Shown here: positions 43,692 to 57,954 of the stretch, in pieces
Layout: each line of letters begins with the position of its first letter
How positions within the stretch are numbered: the stretch's first letter is position 1
Source: Paraspadella gotoi
Taxonomy: Eukaryota; Animalia; Chaetognatha
Assembly: GCA_051294375.1 (NCBI GenBank)
Contig: CM119266.1
Span: forward strand, 25,778,161-25,842,160
Direction of reading: 5' to 3'
Length of the DNA stretch: 64,000 bases
The notes under the pieces: model-generated
Told to the model about the DNA's origin: nothing
What the model saw: the letters and a program-made list of their open reading frames with translations, nothing else
Databases searched by the model: none
Position numbers and translations under genes: made by a program

Positions 43692-45484
43692 CCTGGCTCT
43701 TCAGCCTGAACCGCCAGAACCGCTCAACCAGCCTTCCTGGCCTATCCCCCCCCCACCGCATGTACCGCAAGTCCGGCCTGTTCCGACTATCCAGCCTGTC
43801 CTGCCTGAAATTCTGGTATCTTTGGTCTACGCCGATTTAAGTCATCACATTGCCCTTTCACGAAATCCCTACATTCTGTCCATTTTGCCAGATACTATAT
43901 ATTACATTCTTTTTTCTACCTTCCTAAAAAAGATTTTACGTCGCTTCAACACCCAGAGGTATCCTAGCAACGGACGCCCATACATCTCTTTCTCATCAAC
44001 TGCCACACGTCACATCCGCCATTTTTTAGTTTATCGTCGTCATCGTCGTCGTCGTCGTCGTCGTTGGCAGCGGTGAAGGCACGTCGTATTTTTCTTCGTT
44101 ACCCTACTTGTTTCTGACTGAGGACAATATCTACTTTTATTTTACTTTAATAAAAATATGTAGGTGCAATTTTCAGCTAATATAAATTACGATATTGTTT
44201 AGTTTTTTAAAACTACGTAATAGTGGAGAATAAAACAAGTAAATAATACGCGATATAGAGAGAATGTGAAATTTCTTAACGCATAGAAAGTACGAGTAAC
44301 AGGCTGACATCATTTTCGTGATATGAGTAAAAATTTCCTTTAAAATAGAGAGATGAGTTTCTTCGTGTTCTATTTATCTCATCGGCGTTTTTCTCAGCCG
44401 AAAATATATTCAAACTCCCGTCGAAATAAAGAGCATTAAAAAATAATGAGGAGAATAAGGAAAAGTGAACAAAAGGGAAAAGACGATAAAAGGCGAAGGA
44501 AAAAAGGATGAAAGAATGGAAATTCTTAACATAAAATATGAAAGTTTTAAAAAAAAATAGAAAACAGGAGACGAAAAATTGAATTTAAAAAATAAATTGA
44601 GATTGCAAAGAGAGAAACCGAAAGAAAGAAACTCTAATAAGAGAATACATGAGAATTTGTATGAGAGATAAGGATAATGACAAAAAAAAAGAAAATTTCA
44701 ACAGTATAAAGTAAAGAGACAGAAAGGAAATACAAATGGGAAAGATAAAGAGCAAGAGAAGCCAGGTATAAAGAAAGAAAGGGTGAAAGCTTGAGATTGC
44801 CAGAAAAGCAAAGGGATGACAGGAAGTGAAAAGAGAAAAAAGAAGACGAATACAAGAAAAAGAATCACGAAAGACCGGTCGTGAAGATAAAAGAGAGAAA
44901 AAAGTGTTTCAACTTCTAATTCACTCACCCTTCCAGTCCTCTCCTTATCAACATGAAAATTATTCAACTTGTAAGCTTCACTGAAACCGTGCATCCCCCT
45001 CCCCGCTATTCCCCAACCCTCTTTTAGTCCCTCTTTATCCCCAACCCCCATTCTCCCGACCTTTTTTTCCCTGACCCTCGAATCAACGTCTCCAGCATCA
45101 AATCAGACGTCAACTTCTGTTATTTTTTTTCTTCTTTTTCTTTTCTCACCTTTCCTCCCTTTTTCCCATTCACATCTTCACCTTCGCCCCTTTCTGTCCG
45201 AGTGACGTTTCTGCATTCACACTGACCTCTCTTGCTTATATATTTTTCTACAACACGGGCTTTCACCAACTTCGGAGATGCAGGGATACAAGAAATGCAG
45301 GGATACATAGAATCAGTGATACAGAGGTCTAAACATGCAGAGATGCAAAGATACAGTGAGATTCGATTTCCTCATTCCTTTCATCATAGTCCCACGACCT
45401 TGGTTGGTCTTCTCTCTCTCCATCTCTCTCTTGCTTACTTTTTCTCTTTATTTTTTTTCACCTTTTCTGCTTTTCTTACGCACG

Positions 45485-45571
<87 letters not shown>

Positions 45572-46464
45572 TCTCTCCTTTTCCTCTTTCTCATTAATTA
45601 CGCCGAACTTGGTTCATACCTTCATTTATCCTTTCATCATTTTCGTCTCAATAACGTTTTCCATCTGTTCATTCTGTTATTCCGTCCGAATTTCATTCAC
45701 CCCCCTTAATCGTTCTCTCATTCGCTCATTTCCCCGAGTTCTCATCGTTTCTTCATTCTCTTACTCCCCCCTTTCTCCCTCTCTCATCGAAAGCAATGGC
45801 CCGGACCGTTTTTTTTTCTTNNNNNNNNNNNNNNNNNNNNNNNNNNNNNNNNNNNNNNNNNNNNNNNNNNNNNNNNNNNNNNNNNNNNNNNNNNNNNNNN
45901 NNNNNNNNNNNNNNNNNNNNNNNNNNNNNNNNNNNNNNNNNNNNNNNNNNNNNNNNNNNNNNNNNNNNNNNNNNNNNNNNNNNNNNNNNNNNNNNNNNNN
46001 NNNNNNNNNNNNNNNNNNNNNNNNNNNNNNNNNNNNNNNNNNNNNNNNNNNTGCATTTTAAATCTCCTTCGCCGTCGAAACTCGGGGTCCCCTTAATGGA
46101 GATAAAAGGAGGCGCGATTCTTCCCCAATTTTTTCCCCTTTTTTTTCCCTTTTTTTTTCGTTCCTTTCCTCCTTTTTTCCTCCCTTTTTTTTAATTTCTT
46201 TTCTGTGATTCGATCCCTTTTCTTTTGTGGGAGATGGGGGTTAAAGGAGGGCGAGAAGGGGGGGAGATTGGGAGGCGACTGGGAGCGAGGCGTGGAAGCT
46301 AAAACGACCCCGGTTGCGGATTTCAGTCTAGTTTTTTTTTTTTTTTTTCCCACAGCCGTCGGTGAGGTCGTTTTTCACTCCGTGGGTCTCGTTTGAGAGA
46401 AGAAAATTTTTTTGTATTTTGACATTTTTGTTTACAAACAACGATTTTTAGTATAGAAACGAAT

Positions 46465-46506
46465 AACGGACATGTTTCGACTTATTTGTGAGTCTTCATC
46501 AGCGCG
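46465..46506 (-). ncRNA. Minimal type-I hammerhead ribozyme motif (Penelope-like-element type)
   Basis: Minus strand: gcg-CTGATGA-a-GACTcacaaataAGTC-GAAA-CATG-TC-cgt. Core boxes intact, 4-bp stem II, palindromic ACATGT in stem III, only a 3-bp stem I. Noisy mirror copy at 25536-25578 (+). Confidence 0.6.
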
Positions 46507-47806
46507 TGGGTCGTGGGTCGAGAAAACTCAAAAAATGAGTTTCGGGTCTTAAATTGTGAAATAAAAAAGTTGTAGTTGTATCGATATAATAGTTGTTCTC
46601 GAAAAACTATTAAAAAAATAACCATAAACATAAATTAACTAACGATCCCAGAACCAAGGACAAAAGTCGCAAGAATAAAACAAAAATATTTTAATTGATC
46701 CTTGCTATTTTTAGCATTCGAAATCTTTACGAATTACAATGAGCACCAGGGTACACAACTACGATCAGTTCGTTCGTGTTTCACTAAACTTGTCACGTGA
46801 GATGAATTTTTCGTTGGGTTGATTGATGGATGACCAAGACTCGTCCACACGAAAGCCACGCGACACAAACGGTTGGACTCGACCGCTTTTAAAAACGACC
46901 ATTTGAACGCGTTATTACGAGAAGTTAATTCGTTACGATTTGATGATCTCTTTTTGATCCAGACGCACGACTTCCGCGTTATAACGAGTTCGCTGATAAC
47001 GAGGTTTTTTGGCAGAGATGAAAAGACTTCTCGGTTTGGGTTTCGGATGCACGATGTTCATTTGTCGAGTAGTTAGTTAGTTAGTTAGTTACAGTAGCTG
47101 AGTTTTCGTAAACGTTTTTCAGAATTTGCATTCAAAGATACAAAGATCATTACGGAATATAACATGATAGATAAAAAGATAAGATATTATAAGAAAAACA
47201 AGTATTAATGGGCCTGTAATAATACGAGAATTAGATAATCAGATAAAGAAAACGCTAGGAAAACGACACCGATTTCATTCCAGATGGTATTCTTGAATGG
47301 TATTAAGTTAATATGGATACTCGTTATATTGTCCGTACGTCCGTACGCAACGGATATCCCTCGTCCTGTGATTAAGAGTCCGTCACTACGATCCGAGGTT
47401 TTCTTACTTTCACCCATAAATCCTCGAAACTTTTTTTGTGAAACTCGATCCTCGGTGGATCAGGTGATGGAGGGTTCGGACGGATCGAAGGTACAGTTGT
47501 AGTCGGGGGTAAATATTATTGTAATAATTAATCATTATATTCGAATTTTAAAAAGATGTCGGATTGCAAAACTATAGTCTAAACTGAACTCTGAATAAAC
47601 TACAGAGCCGGTTAAAAAGAGAATCTTAAATTCTAGTATTCTCATCTCAAAAATCTTAAAATTAAACAATTAACAGTATTGTGAATAAAAATTGTTGATT
47701 AATTATAGTACCACGGCAAACGTGTTGGCCACCACTTCTTCAAATACTTTCTGTAAAACTTTCCCGCAATTGCATCGCCAGTGGTCGTTACGATTCAATT
47801 GAATTC

Positions 47807-47850
<44 letters not shown>

Positions 47851-47852
47851 CT

Positions 47853-47893
<41 letters not shown>

Positions 47894-47996
47894 GACAACG
47901 ACGACGACTTCGCCCCATGGACGAAGCTTTTCGCTCGCATCCGCATCCGAATCTTGAAGCTTCGAAAGTGTTAACCTGCTCCTGGCTTCGGCTTCG

Positions 47997-48067
<71 letters not shown>
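47807..48067. repeat. Long (GAT)n and (GAC)n trinucleotide microsatellites
   Basis: (GAT)n at 47807-47891 and (GAC)n at 47997-48067. Confidence 0.95.
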
Positions 48068-48068
<1 letters not shown>

Positions 48069-48304
48069 GATGAGTAAAGCGTTCATGATGCTCCCAAACT
48101 TTGAATCGTTTCGAAAAAAAAAGTATATCGAACCCTATGAAACCTTTTAAAAAATTGGGCGCACGCGATGAAAGTTTTTTTTTTTTTTTCTTTTATTTTT
48201 TTAAATACCTGTTTCAATTCGAAGTTTTTGATCTCGTCGTTAACGTAGGTTTCTCGTTTGATACTTGATTTATTTTTACGCTTTTTTTTTATTTTTGAAT
48301 ATCG

Positions 48305-48402
<98 letters not shown>

Positions 48403-49384
48403 GAGAGTTGTAGTTGAAAGCCGATCCGCTCCTTAACTCGCAGAGCAACGACGCGTTGGTCAGAAGAGGCGGCAACACCCTGGATCCGTCCCCGCGAAAA
48501 TTCTTTTAAAAAAAGGAAATCTTAAAAAACAAATGAACACGCCGAGGGATTTTTTCAAGCCTCGTCATCGTTAGAGAAGATTTTTTGTTCTCGGATTTAA
48601 TTCTTCGAACGAATATTTCCTCAAATTGATCGATAACCGCCATTGCTGTAACTAATAAGAACTTAAAAAACCAAAATAATCGGGAAAAACTTTCTTGCTT
48701 TCTAATCCGTAATAAAAGATTGGTCTTTGTAAATATTTAAGAGTCTGGAATACAACAGACAGTAACTGGCGAATCCTAGATGGAGCTCCGGTTTTCTATC
48801 TCCCGTTTTGCGACGGCGCATCGAACGCAATGTATCTTTCACGAAACCTTTCTCTTTTTTTTTTCCGCGCGTGATTGATCGAGCCAAGGCGTTGATCGTC
48901 GTCATTAAGGTTAATCAATTTCTCTTCTTAGTAGACTAACGACGATTTTCAACGCTTGAAAGCTTTATGAGTTTTTCCCCGCGTTAGCCTTTTGTTTTTT
49001 TTTCTATTTTGCCTGAGGTGGAGGTAAGTTCATCTTATATCTTTATTAAATTCGATTTGATTTTTTACAGTCTCGTTAAAACAACAACTATTACGAAAAA
49101 AAAAACACGCGAAAAAAGGGGGCTTCTGTCATTCACTGTCTAGTCAGTAACCAAAGTTAATTTTCTAGTCAAAAAAAGAAAAGAAAAAAAACCAAAAAAC
49201 AAAAAACAAATAATAAATATACATCAAATCTCAAACAAAGTCTAACTCAAACTCCGCTCGACGATCACTTTCTTCGCTTCGATCTCGCCCCGACCTCCAA
49301 CGCCTCGTCAAATCCTTACTCCAAGCCCCCTAACTACCTTTTCGAGCCTCCATCTCCACTCTTTCGTCGACGACCGATTCCAAG

Positions 49385-49584
49385 ATGTCGCTCCTCTTCC
49401 AACTCAAGGACTGGTTGGGGTCAGTCGGCATCGACGACTGCTTCGACCGCCTCAACCGGAAGTACACCGTCCTCGCCTTCATGGGAATCATCCTCCCTCT
49501 TTTCTCCAAGTCTTACATCGGAGAACCGATCAGATGCTTCACGCCCACGTGAGGATTTTGAGAGGGGCGGGGGGCGAGTAGAGT

Positions 49585-49656
<72 letters not shown>

Positions 49657-49830
49657 AGAGAGATATTGATTTTGAAAAAACGAAAGTGCGAGTTTAGGCT
49701 TGTACTTTAAACTGCCCTAAAAAGCTACCTTATCTTATCATTTCTAAGTATTAACAGTTTTTTTGAATTTTTCATAAATGGTACTGAACAACTGAACAAT
49801 TCTAATTTTCTAGTAGAGAGTAGGGTGAGG

Positions 49831-49909
<79 letters not shown>

Positions 49910-49954
49910 CGGGCTACAAATCGATCGCCAAAACCGAAACATAAGGATATATAA

Positions 49955-49986
<32 letters not shown>

Positions 49987-52209
49987 CATTAAGAAGTTCA
50001 AAGGAAATAAGTAATTACAACCCTCCCACCCTTCGCCACTCCTTCCCATTCTTTGCCTCACCACCGAAACTCACCCAGCTACTTCACCGACGCCCAGTCA
50101 TTCTACGTGGACGCCTACTGTTGGACGGCCTACACTTATCACATCCGGTTTCGACGCGCGACTTCGGAAGACGACGTCCTGATTGTGGACGACGGAGTCA
50201 AAGCAATGAAGCCTTACGTCCCGCCCCCGATCCTCTCGCAGCAACATCAGGTCTTAAGGGAGAAATGCGATAAACTACAATGATGACAATAATACTGAGA
50301 GGGTTAGATCAAAAGGAACTATTCGCTACTTATGTTCAATTGGATTGTTGTCCGTTTCGAACGACAAAAAGCAGGGATAATGATCAAAGATTGCAACAAC
50401 ATAAATATTGTAAAAGTAATAATTCTTTTTTTATCGGTAATTAAACAGGAGCAAAGAAGTAATTCTGCTATCAAACGGTATAGTCACATATATAGTCATA
50501 TAAACCCCCTCTCTCCCAAAGGGCCAAGACCCCGTCTTCCTCGGCTACGACGACGGCGTCCGCGGCGAACGAGTCACCGTATCTTACTACCAATGGACGC
50601 CCATCATCCTCTGCATCCAGTGCTTCTTCTTCCACGTCCCCTACATGATCTGGTACGCCTTCGCCATCAACTCGGGCGTCAACGTCAAGTCTCTCCTCGG
50701 CGCCGCCAAGGAGCTCTCTAACCTGAAGGAGGTCACACAGAACAAGGACCAAATGCTGGGCGACTTGACGGAGCAGCTGGACACTTATCTGAGCCTGACG
50801 TCCAACAGCAAGCAGTTCAACTGCCTCACGTACTGCCGCAACCAAATCTGCGTGGGCCGCAAGTATGGCAACTACCTGTACTTCTTCTTCATCTTCGTCA
50901 AGGGGCTCTACATCCTCAACATACTCGTCCAGCTCTACGCCATGTCGACCTTTCTGGGGTCGGAGTGGTTCTTCCACGGATTCGCCGTCTTCTTCGAGCT
51001 GCTGCGGACCGGCTCGTGGCTGCACTCGGACACTTTTCCCATTCAGACTCTGTGCGATTACTCGGCGTATCAGCAGGGGTCGTTGCTGCACCATCAGTGC
51101 CAGTGCGTGTTACCAGTCAACCTGTACAACGACAAGATCTTCGCCGCGTTGACGTTGTACTTGACCGGTGGGTTTGTGATGGTGCTGTTGTTGTTGAAGA
51201 CGTTTGACGGAGGATGTTTCGTGCAAGCTTTAAATGCTTGGAAAGGTGGATTTTACTAAGCATGTGAAATGACCCTACCTTTAGTGAACCATTTAATTTG
51301 GTAAGGTCAATAACGTTGGTGGGGATTGAGAGGAGAAAAAAAAGGGTAAATGCTGGAAAGGGCTTAGGAAGGCCCTGGTGAGGTGAGGTATGGACGAGGT
51401 AAGTCCCCTCATGAAAATTTCATCTCCCTCAAATCCCAGGCCTTCTCTTCGTCACCCTCCTCGGCCTCGTCATCTGGCTCTGGCGCACCCTCATCTGCCA
51501 AACCGGCTCCGGCTTCATCAAGGAATACCTCAAAAAGTCCAAACTGCTCGTCGACGATGATTCCGCGCGACACTTTGACGCCTTTTGCGAAGAGTATCTC
51601 CGCCGCGACGGAATCTTCGTCCTCCAACTCATGGAGGCGAACGTCGGCGGGACGGTGTTGACTCTCGTGCTGAAGAAACTCTATTCCGACTTTGTGGTGC
51701 GGCAGGAGCAGCAGGCGGACTCCTTGGGCGGTAGCAAGTCCAACACCCCGGGTCCTTGGGGAGACGCCGACAGCGGAAAGGCCCGACTTGACTCGTACCC
51801 GGGCTACGACGGAGTGTTCGACGAGGAGAAAGGCCTCGGGCATCATCTCGATCGGCCCGTCGCCGTCCCCGTCGGACCGACGAGGAAGTTCATGCGACGC
51901 GGAGGCGGAGGCGGACCGCCGCCGACTCGGCCCGGCGGCCACGTGGCGCCCTGGAAGGCGGGGGCGCATCACGCTGTCGGGCCGGGGGGAGGGACGAGGG
52001 GTCGCGGCCCCAGACGATTCCTCATGGTGCCCTCCGTGTCGGGCGGCGACGGCGGCGGCAGTCGAGCGCCCTCGCCCTCCGCGCCGGACGTTTTCGTCGA
52101 CGGGTCGATGGCGGCGCCGACGACGCCGCCCGTCGGCGGCGTCCCCGTCATCGCCGGACCTTACCAACCGGCAGTGGACGCGTTGGAAAGAGTCAACAAC
52201 GACGCCTAG
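49385..52209 (+). CDS. inx: Innexin (gap-junction/hemichannel protein), 4 coding exons, 583 aa
   Basis: Exons 49385-49548, 50079-50250, 50522-51167 and 51440-52209 (GT-AG introns, phases 2/0/1, total 1752 nt, open frame). Motifs: DDCFDRLNRKYT, YIGEPIRCFTP, YVDAYCW, YYQW (50585-50596), FPIQTLCD, QCVLPVNLYNDKIF, YLRRDGIFVL; four TM segments; high GC3. Confidence 0.95.
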
Positions 52210-52744
52210 TGATTTTTTTTTCGATTGTTGTAGTTTAGTAATGAAAAATTAAAAACAATGACAAGTTGAATTTCATTTTCGAAAATACTATTTATTCCGC
52301 CGTTGAAACTTCGATTAAATTATCTATTTATTTGTATTTTTCATATTCGATAAAATGCCTTTCACAATTTCCCTCTTCTACTACAGTTGCCACTCCCGCC
52401 CCCTCCGACCCACAATCTTTTCTCTCAATTCTTGGTTTTTTGGACCTATTACTCGATCCTCTATACAATTACAGTAGAACAAAACATTATTGTGTAAAAA
52501 TATACATATACAGCAAAAACCCTTTAAAAGCGAGATTTAATCTTTATCCTACCCAAATAAAATGTTAGATGTTTAAATGAGAAATTTTTTATTTATTTTT
52601 ATTTATTTTTTATTTATTTTTTTTGGTAGTTTTTTTATATTTTTTTTCTTCTTTGCGCCGCCTAAATTTTACCCGTTAACTTAGCGATCTCTCTCTCTCT
52701 CTCACTCTCTTTCTCTCTCTCTCTTCTCTCTCTCTTCTCTCTCT

Positions 52745-52815
<71 letters not shown>

Positions 52816-52968
52816 TCTCTTGAAACCAAAATATTTGAAGACAAAGGTTATTGTGATAGTCGTACTCTCGTCGTCCCGTTTATCTCTTTTTCTTTCAACA
52901 TCCATTGTTTGTTTTTCTATCATCCGTCGCGGTTCCGTTGTTTTCAGTCAAAACGTTGGTTTTGCGCT

Positions 52969-53101
<133 letters not shown>

Positions 53102-53950
53102 TTGAAAATAAAATCCCGTCAAAAACGCAAAGCTCATCGAACTCAGGATCGATGATGAATGACAATCCCGTAGACGGATCCCTATCCCGATCTCTATCCC
53201 TATCCCGATCTCTATCCCGATCCTTATTATCATTGCTCTTTCTCTTTCTCACTCTCGTGTATCACGTTATCCCTCAGAAAGGGATAGCGCATTTCCTTCA
53301 CTTTTAGTCATGTATTCTAAAGTTGTTTTTTTCTAAAACCCCAAATGATCCTCATCCTGAATCAAGTGACCCTTGACTTTTTTCATATCACATGACCCAA
53401 ACATTAACCTACAGTCACATTTAGTCACGTGACTAAATACCTCCATCGACGTCTTTCTCTTGATTAAGCGACTTTTTTTCGTGAAAACGCGAAAACTATT
53501 AATTCTAATTTTGCCTCTTCAGTTTTTTCCCCCTCAATTCACGATCGATCAAACGTTTTTTCTCCGTGAATTCACACGAAGATCACAGAATAGAATTGGG
53601 TTTTCACTGTCTCCTCCCCGACGTCGGCGCTCGATCGCGCGAGGTCTCATTTCCGATATTTTTTTCTCTTTGTTTTTGTTACCACTTAGTGTTTTAGCCC
53701 GACTTTGTGAACCGTAACATCATTTGGTTCAACTTTCCCAGACTTTTTTGGGTCTTAGGATTTCGTCAGATTTTTGAACGTCGAGCATTGAACATCTGGC
53801 GCCAGAATTTTCTCGTGAAAACTCTCCAATCATTGACCTCGAACCCGGGGCCTCTTTTTCACCGGGCGACGACTTAACGTTCTCGACCGCGGCGGCCGGG
53901 TTTTTTATTCTGATCTCGTTATCGCCCGAGAGAGCGCCCATAAATTTATT

Positions 53951-53996
<46 letters not shown>

Positions 53997-53997
53997 C

Positions 53998-54046
<49 letters not shown>

Positions 54047-54233
54047 ATGATTCAAAAAAAGAATATTTTAGTCACTCGTTTAAAAGTTTATTTATTTTCG
54101 GTAGTAAAAGTTTTTCGTAATACGATAGACATTTTACTACGTAATTGACGCCCGAGTCTCGTCGTTTCGCTAGTAATTTCGAACGATGGATAGGGTTAAT
54201 GGATATTTCCGTCCGAGTATGGCTGTTTTATGT

Positions 54234-54339
<106 letters not shown>

Positions 54340-54864
54340 TAGTGAGTGAGTGAATTTAGTAAGTGAGTGACTCGTTTCTTAAAACTTTTTTAAATGAGAT
54401 AATTATTCGGTTTTTTTTTTCGTTTTTTTTATAGTTATAATTAAGAAATAAATCTACAAAACAAAAAAAGACAAAAAGATTAAAAGATTACGGTTCAAAC
54501 TTTTTCATCAAAGGAAACCCCCCCCCACCCCCCACGGCAAGGCACTTTTTTCTCCGGATTCATGTATATAATTAACTTTAATTAAATTTATCAATGATTG
54601 AAAACAAAATGAGCGATGGTATTTCTTAATTCACGTTCCACGCGCTAATTAAAATTATTAATTGTTTTTAGTATGGTTATATTTCGCTTTGTTATATTAC
54701 ACATTTCTCGAATAAAACTTCGTTATTCTCTGAAACGGTCGATCAATCAATTTCCATTGTGGGATTCTAAAGTTAGGACGAAAAGAAGAATATGGTCGAA
54801 GCAAAAAATATTGTCTTCTTTTATCGCGGGCTAAAGTTCGTCTCTCTCTCTCTCTCTCTCATCT

Positions 54865-54939
<75 letters not shown>

Positions 54940-57101
54940 GCGGTTTAATGCAAATTGATACAAAGCATCTTTCTACGTGTCTCTCTCCAACCCGCTCACC
55001 TCAATCCACTTCCATTCCAGATCCCCCGCTGTGAATTTTATTTCTCAACCACCTTCCTATCCTATCCTATCCTATTCCTATCCTTCCTATCCTTACTTCT
55101 CTTTTTTTTCGAGATCCTCTCCCTAACTTTCCTTTCTTTCCTTTCTTTCATCCCCACTCCTTTCTGGACCATTTTCCCCTTTTCCTTTCCCCTCCCACCC
55201 GCCCCCTCCTGATAGCTAAAAGAAAGAAGGAAAAAAGCCTAAAAACGAAGGCCACTTATAAATCCCCTTAGAGGTGGTTATGAAGTGGGGGCCTTTCGAG
55301 AGGCTTAGGCGCGCGAAAGCTAGAGAGAAATTCAGAACTAAAATAAATTGATTGAATAAAATATAAAAATAAAACGTGTAAAACGAAATAAAAAGATGGG
55401 TCGGAGGGAGATAAAGGCGTCGTTATTATGATCGCTTGTTATGAGGAGTGGGTAGAACGGAAGGGGGGGGCGTAGAGGTAACTTGAAACGTTCATCATTA
55501 TTTCACGTACGAGGTTGTTTGTTGGCATACACTACAATAATGTAAATGACGAGACTTGCAGCGAAATTTTACAAGCGCCGAGACTCGGATTAAATTCATT
55601 AAAAGCGCTCGGTTGGCGAACGGTCAACTTGGCTACACTCCATCTTATCAGAAATGTAAATTAAATTTTAGTGTTCGAGTTATTAATTCGTTTTTACGTG
55701 CGTCGTTTTAGTTCACAGCGCTAATTTCGCACGGACTTTATTACTTATTTTTTTACTTTTTAGTTAAAAAATATTTTCGTTGAACATTGGGTTAAGTGAA
55801 CAAAAATGTATACAGAATAACATATTCATTACTAAAAATCAAACAATTTACGAGCGTTTGCAATAGAGGTACAAGCAGCAGTCTAACTCTAAGAAATAAG
55901 ACAGAAGAAGCACCTATCAAATCAAAAGAACCTGAGCTTATCGCTATTGCGGTAAGAAAAAATTAAATTGTAAAAATTTAAAAAAAATATTAAAAATAAA
56001 TATATAAGAGAAAAAAAATATTTCCCATAAAAATTTTCTTTTCGTCTTCGTGGGAGAACTTATTCGGGCGATAAAAGAAAAAAAAAAGATCAAAATCGAT
56101 CTCTTTTTTTTTGGCGGGAAAAAAATGTAAAACATCGCGATACAAAAAAACACGAAAGCAGGAATTTGTGAGGAAGGAGCTAAAACTTTTTCGTAGTGAA
56201 AATTGGAATGTTTGCGGTTTATATATTTGGATTTAGTCATTGACTCCCCATCACATCGTCAGCTCGTGTCACGTGATCCCACGGCTTTTGTTTACTTTTT
56301 ATTGATGCGGGACGCTGTTTTATTTTTCTCTTGAATATGTATGTAAGAAAATTTTGACGCATGTGGTTCATATCTATTAACTGTTACTTTGAAATCATTA
56401 CTAACAGTTATGTTATAGGTGTCGTTAGGGCAAATAACCGCATTATCATTTGTCGGCGGTTGCTTTCGACTTTTCCGTTTACAAAATCAATATCATCGTC
56501 ATTGCTGCGCTCCTGAGGTCACTAGAATCGTTCACAAAATCATCGTCATCGTCTACTGTTGTCGTCGGCGACCTCGAAAAGCTTCAGAATAAAAAAAACA
56601 TGGAGTCGAAGGTGAGAGTCAAAACCTTTTAGCGTAAATCAACGGCGCCTCTGCGAAGTTCGCCACGCCCCCCTCCGACCGGCAGCAGCCAACCGCGGCT
56701 GCTGAGGCGGCGTCGAAGCCAACAACGAAAAAGAGAGCGACCGTCAAAAAAAGAGAGAGAGAGATGGAGAGTCGCAGTTTAAACTGTCTGGAGTCTGGTC
56801 ATCATAGAGACAGATCGAGATTCGTCACAGATTTTCTGTTTCACGTAAAAATCATTGGCTAAAAGTTTGAAAAGAAGGTACAAGGTGACACACAGGAAGT
56901 CTGGAACACGCCGCTATAGCCTATAAAAAGAAATCGCCATTGGTAAACCAGTTAAGTTTTTTTGAATCTTAAAACTAAGATTATTTATATATCCTAATTT
57001 TATATTGATATATATATATTGATTTGACTTAGCAATTAGCGGTGAAAAGTTACCTTTAAAATCATCTTTCATTTTAAAACTCAATTTTTTTTTCTTCAAT
57101 C

Positions 57102-57623
57102 TTTTTGTCTAACTTTCTGAACATTTTTTTTTAATTCAGAAAGTTGGACAAAAATATTGAAATAAAAATATTTGTGTCCGTCCGTCCGTCTGTCTGTCCG
57201 TCCATTCCACCCTAGCAAAAAACACCAATTACTCGTGATTTGATGTATGGATTGGAATAAATTTTTTTATGTGGGTTGGAAAGTGTATGCTTGAGCAGGA
57301 AATAATGTTTCGATGGAAGTGTGAGGAAGTGGAAATGAGTTAAAATGGAAAAAACAAACAATCTATTTCACTATTTGATTATGCTTTTTTATATTAAATG
57401 TAAATTCGAGCTGCATTAATTAATTATTAATAAATAATTAATTAATTTTGTGATCGAGATTGTTGTTTTGTGATTGAGAGGCGAGACAAAGTGGAAAACG
57501 TTTTTGACACGAAGAAAAAAAAATTAATATTAATTAATTGATTTATTAAATTATTAATTATCTGATCAGCTGCTTACCGCTAATGATCGTAGGCAGATCC
57601 GGCATTGTTTGCTCAAACTCGTT
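57102..57623 (+). mobile_element. HINE/DINE-like non-autonomous element
   Basis: 5' hairpin TTTTTGTCTAACTTTCTGAA...TTCAGAAAGTTGGACAAAAA, (GTCC/GTCT)n microsatellite, 3' end GCAGATCCGGCATTGTTTGCTCAAACTCGTT shared with the 5761 and 59977 copies. Confidence 0.65.
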
Positions 57624-57720
57624 TTTCTAGCGGCGGGTTACAGTTTATCACCTTGTATGTGTTAAAATTCTATGGAATTAACGAAAAAATTTCGTTTTTA
57701 CAACAATTTAATTTAGAGTA

Positions 57721-57764
57721 AGGACATGTTTCGACTCTTGTTGTTGCGAGTCTTTATCAGCAAG
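57721..57764 (-). ncRNA. Degenerate second minimal hammerhead motif
   Basis: Minus strand: CTGATAA-a-GACTCgcaacaacaaGAGTC-GAAA-CATG-TC. Same family as 46465-46506 but with a G8->A core mutation and no stem I. Confidence 0.45.
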
Positions 57765-57802
57765 TGAATTAACAAATTTTATTTGTCTCAAACATTAGTT
57801 TT

Positions 57803-57954
<152 letters not shown>

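Noticed and set aside
50471-52252. Antisense/alternative-frame ORFs of 186-252 aa
   Set aside because: Shadows of the GC3-rich innexin exons.
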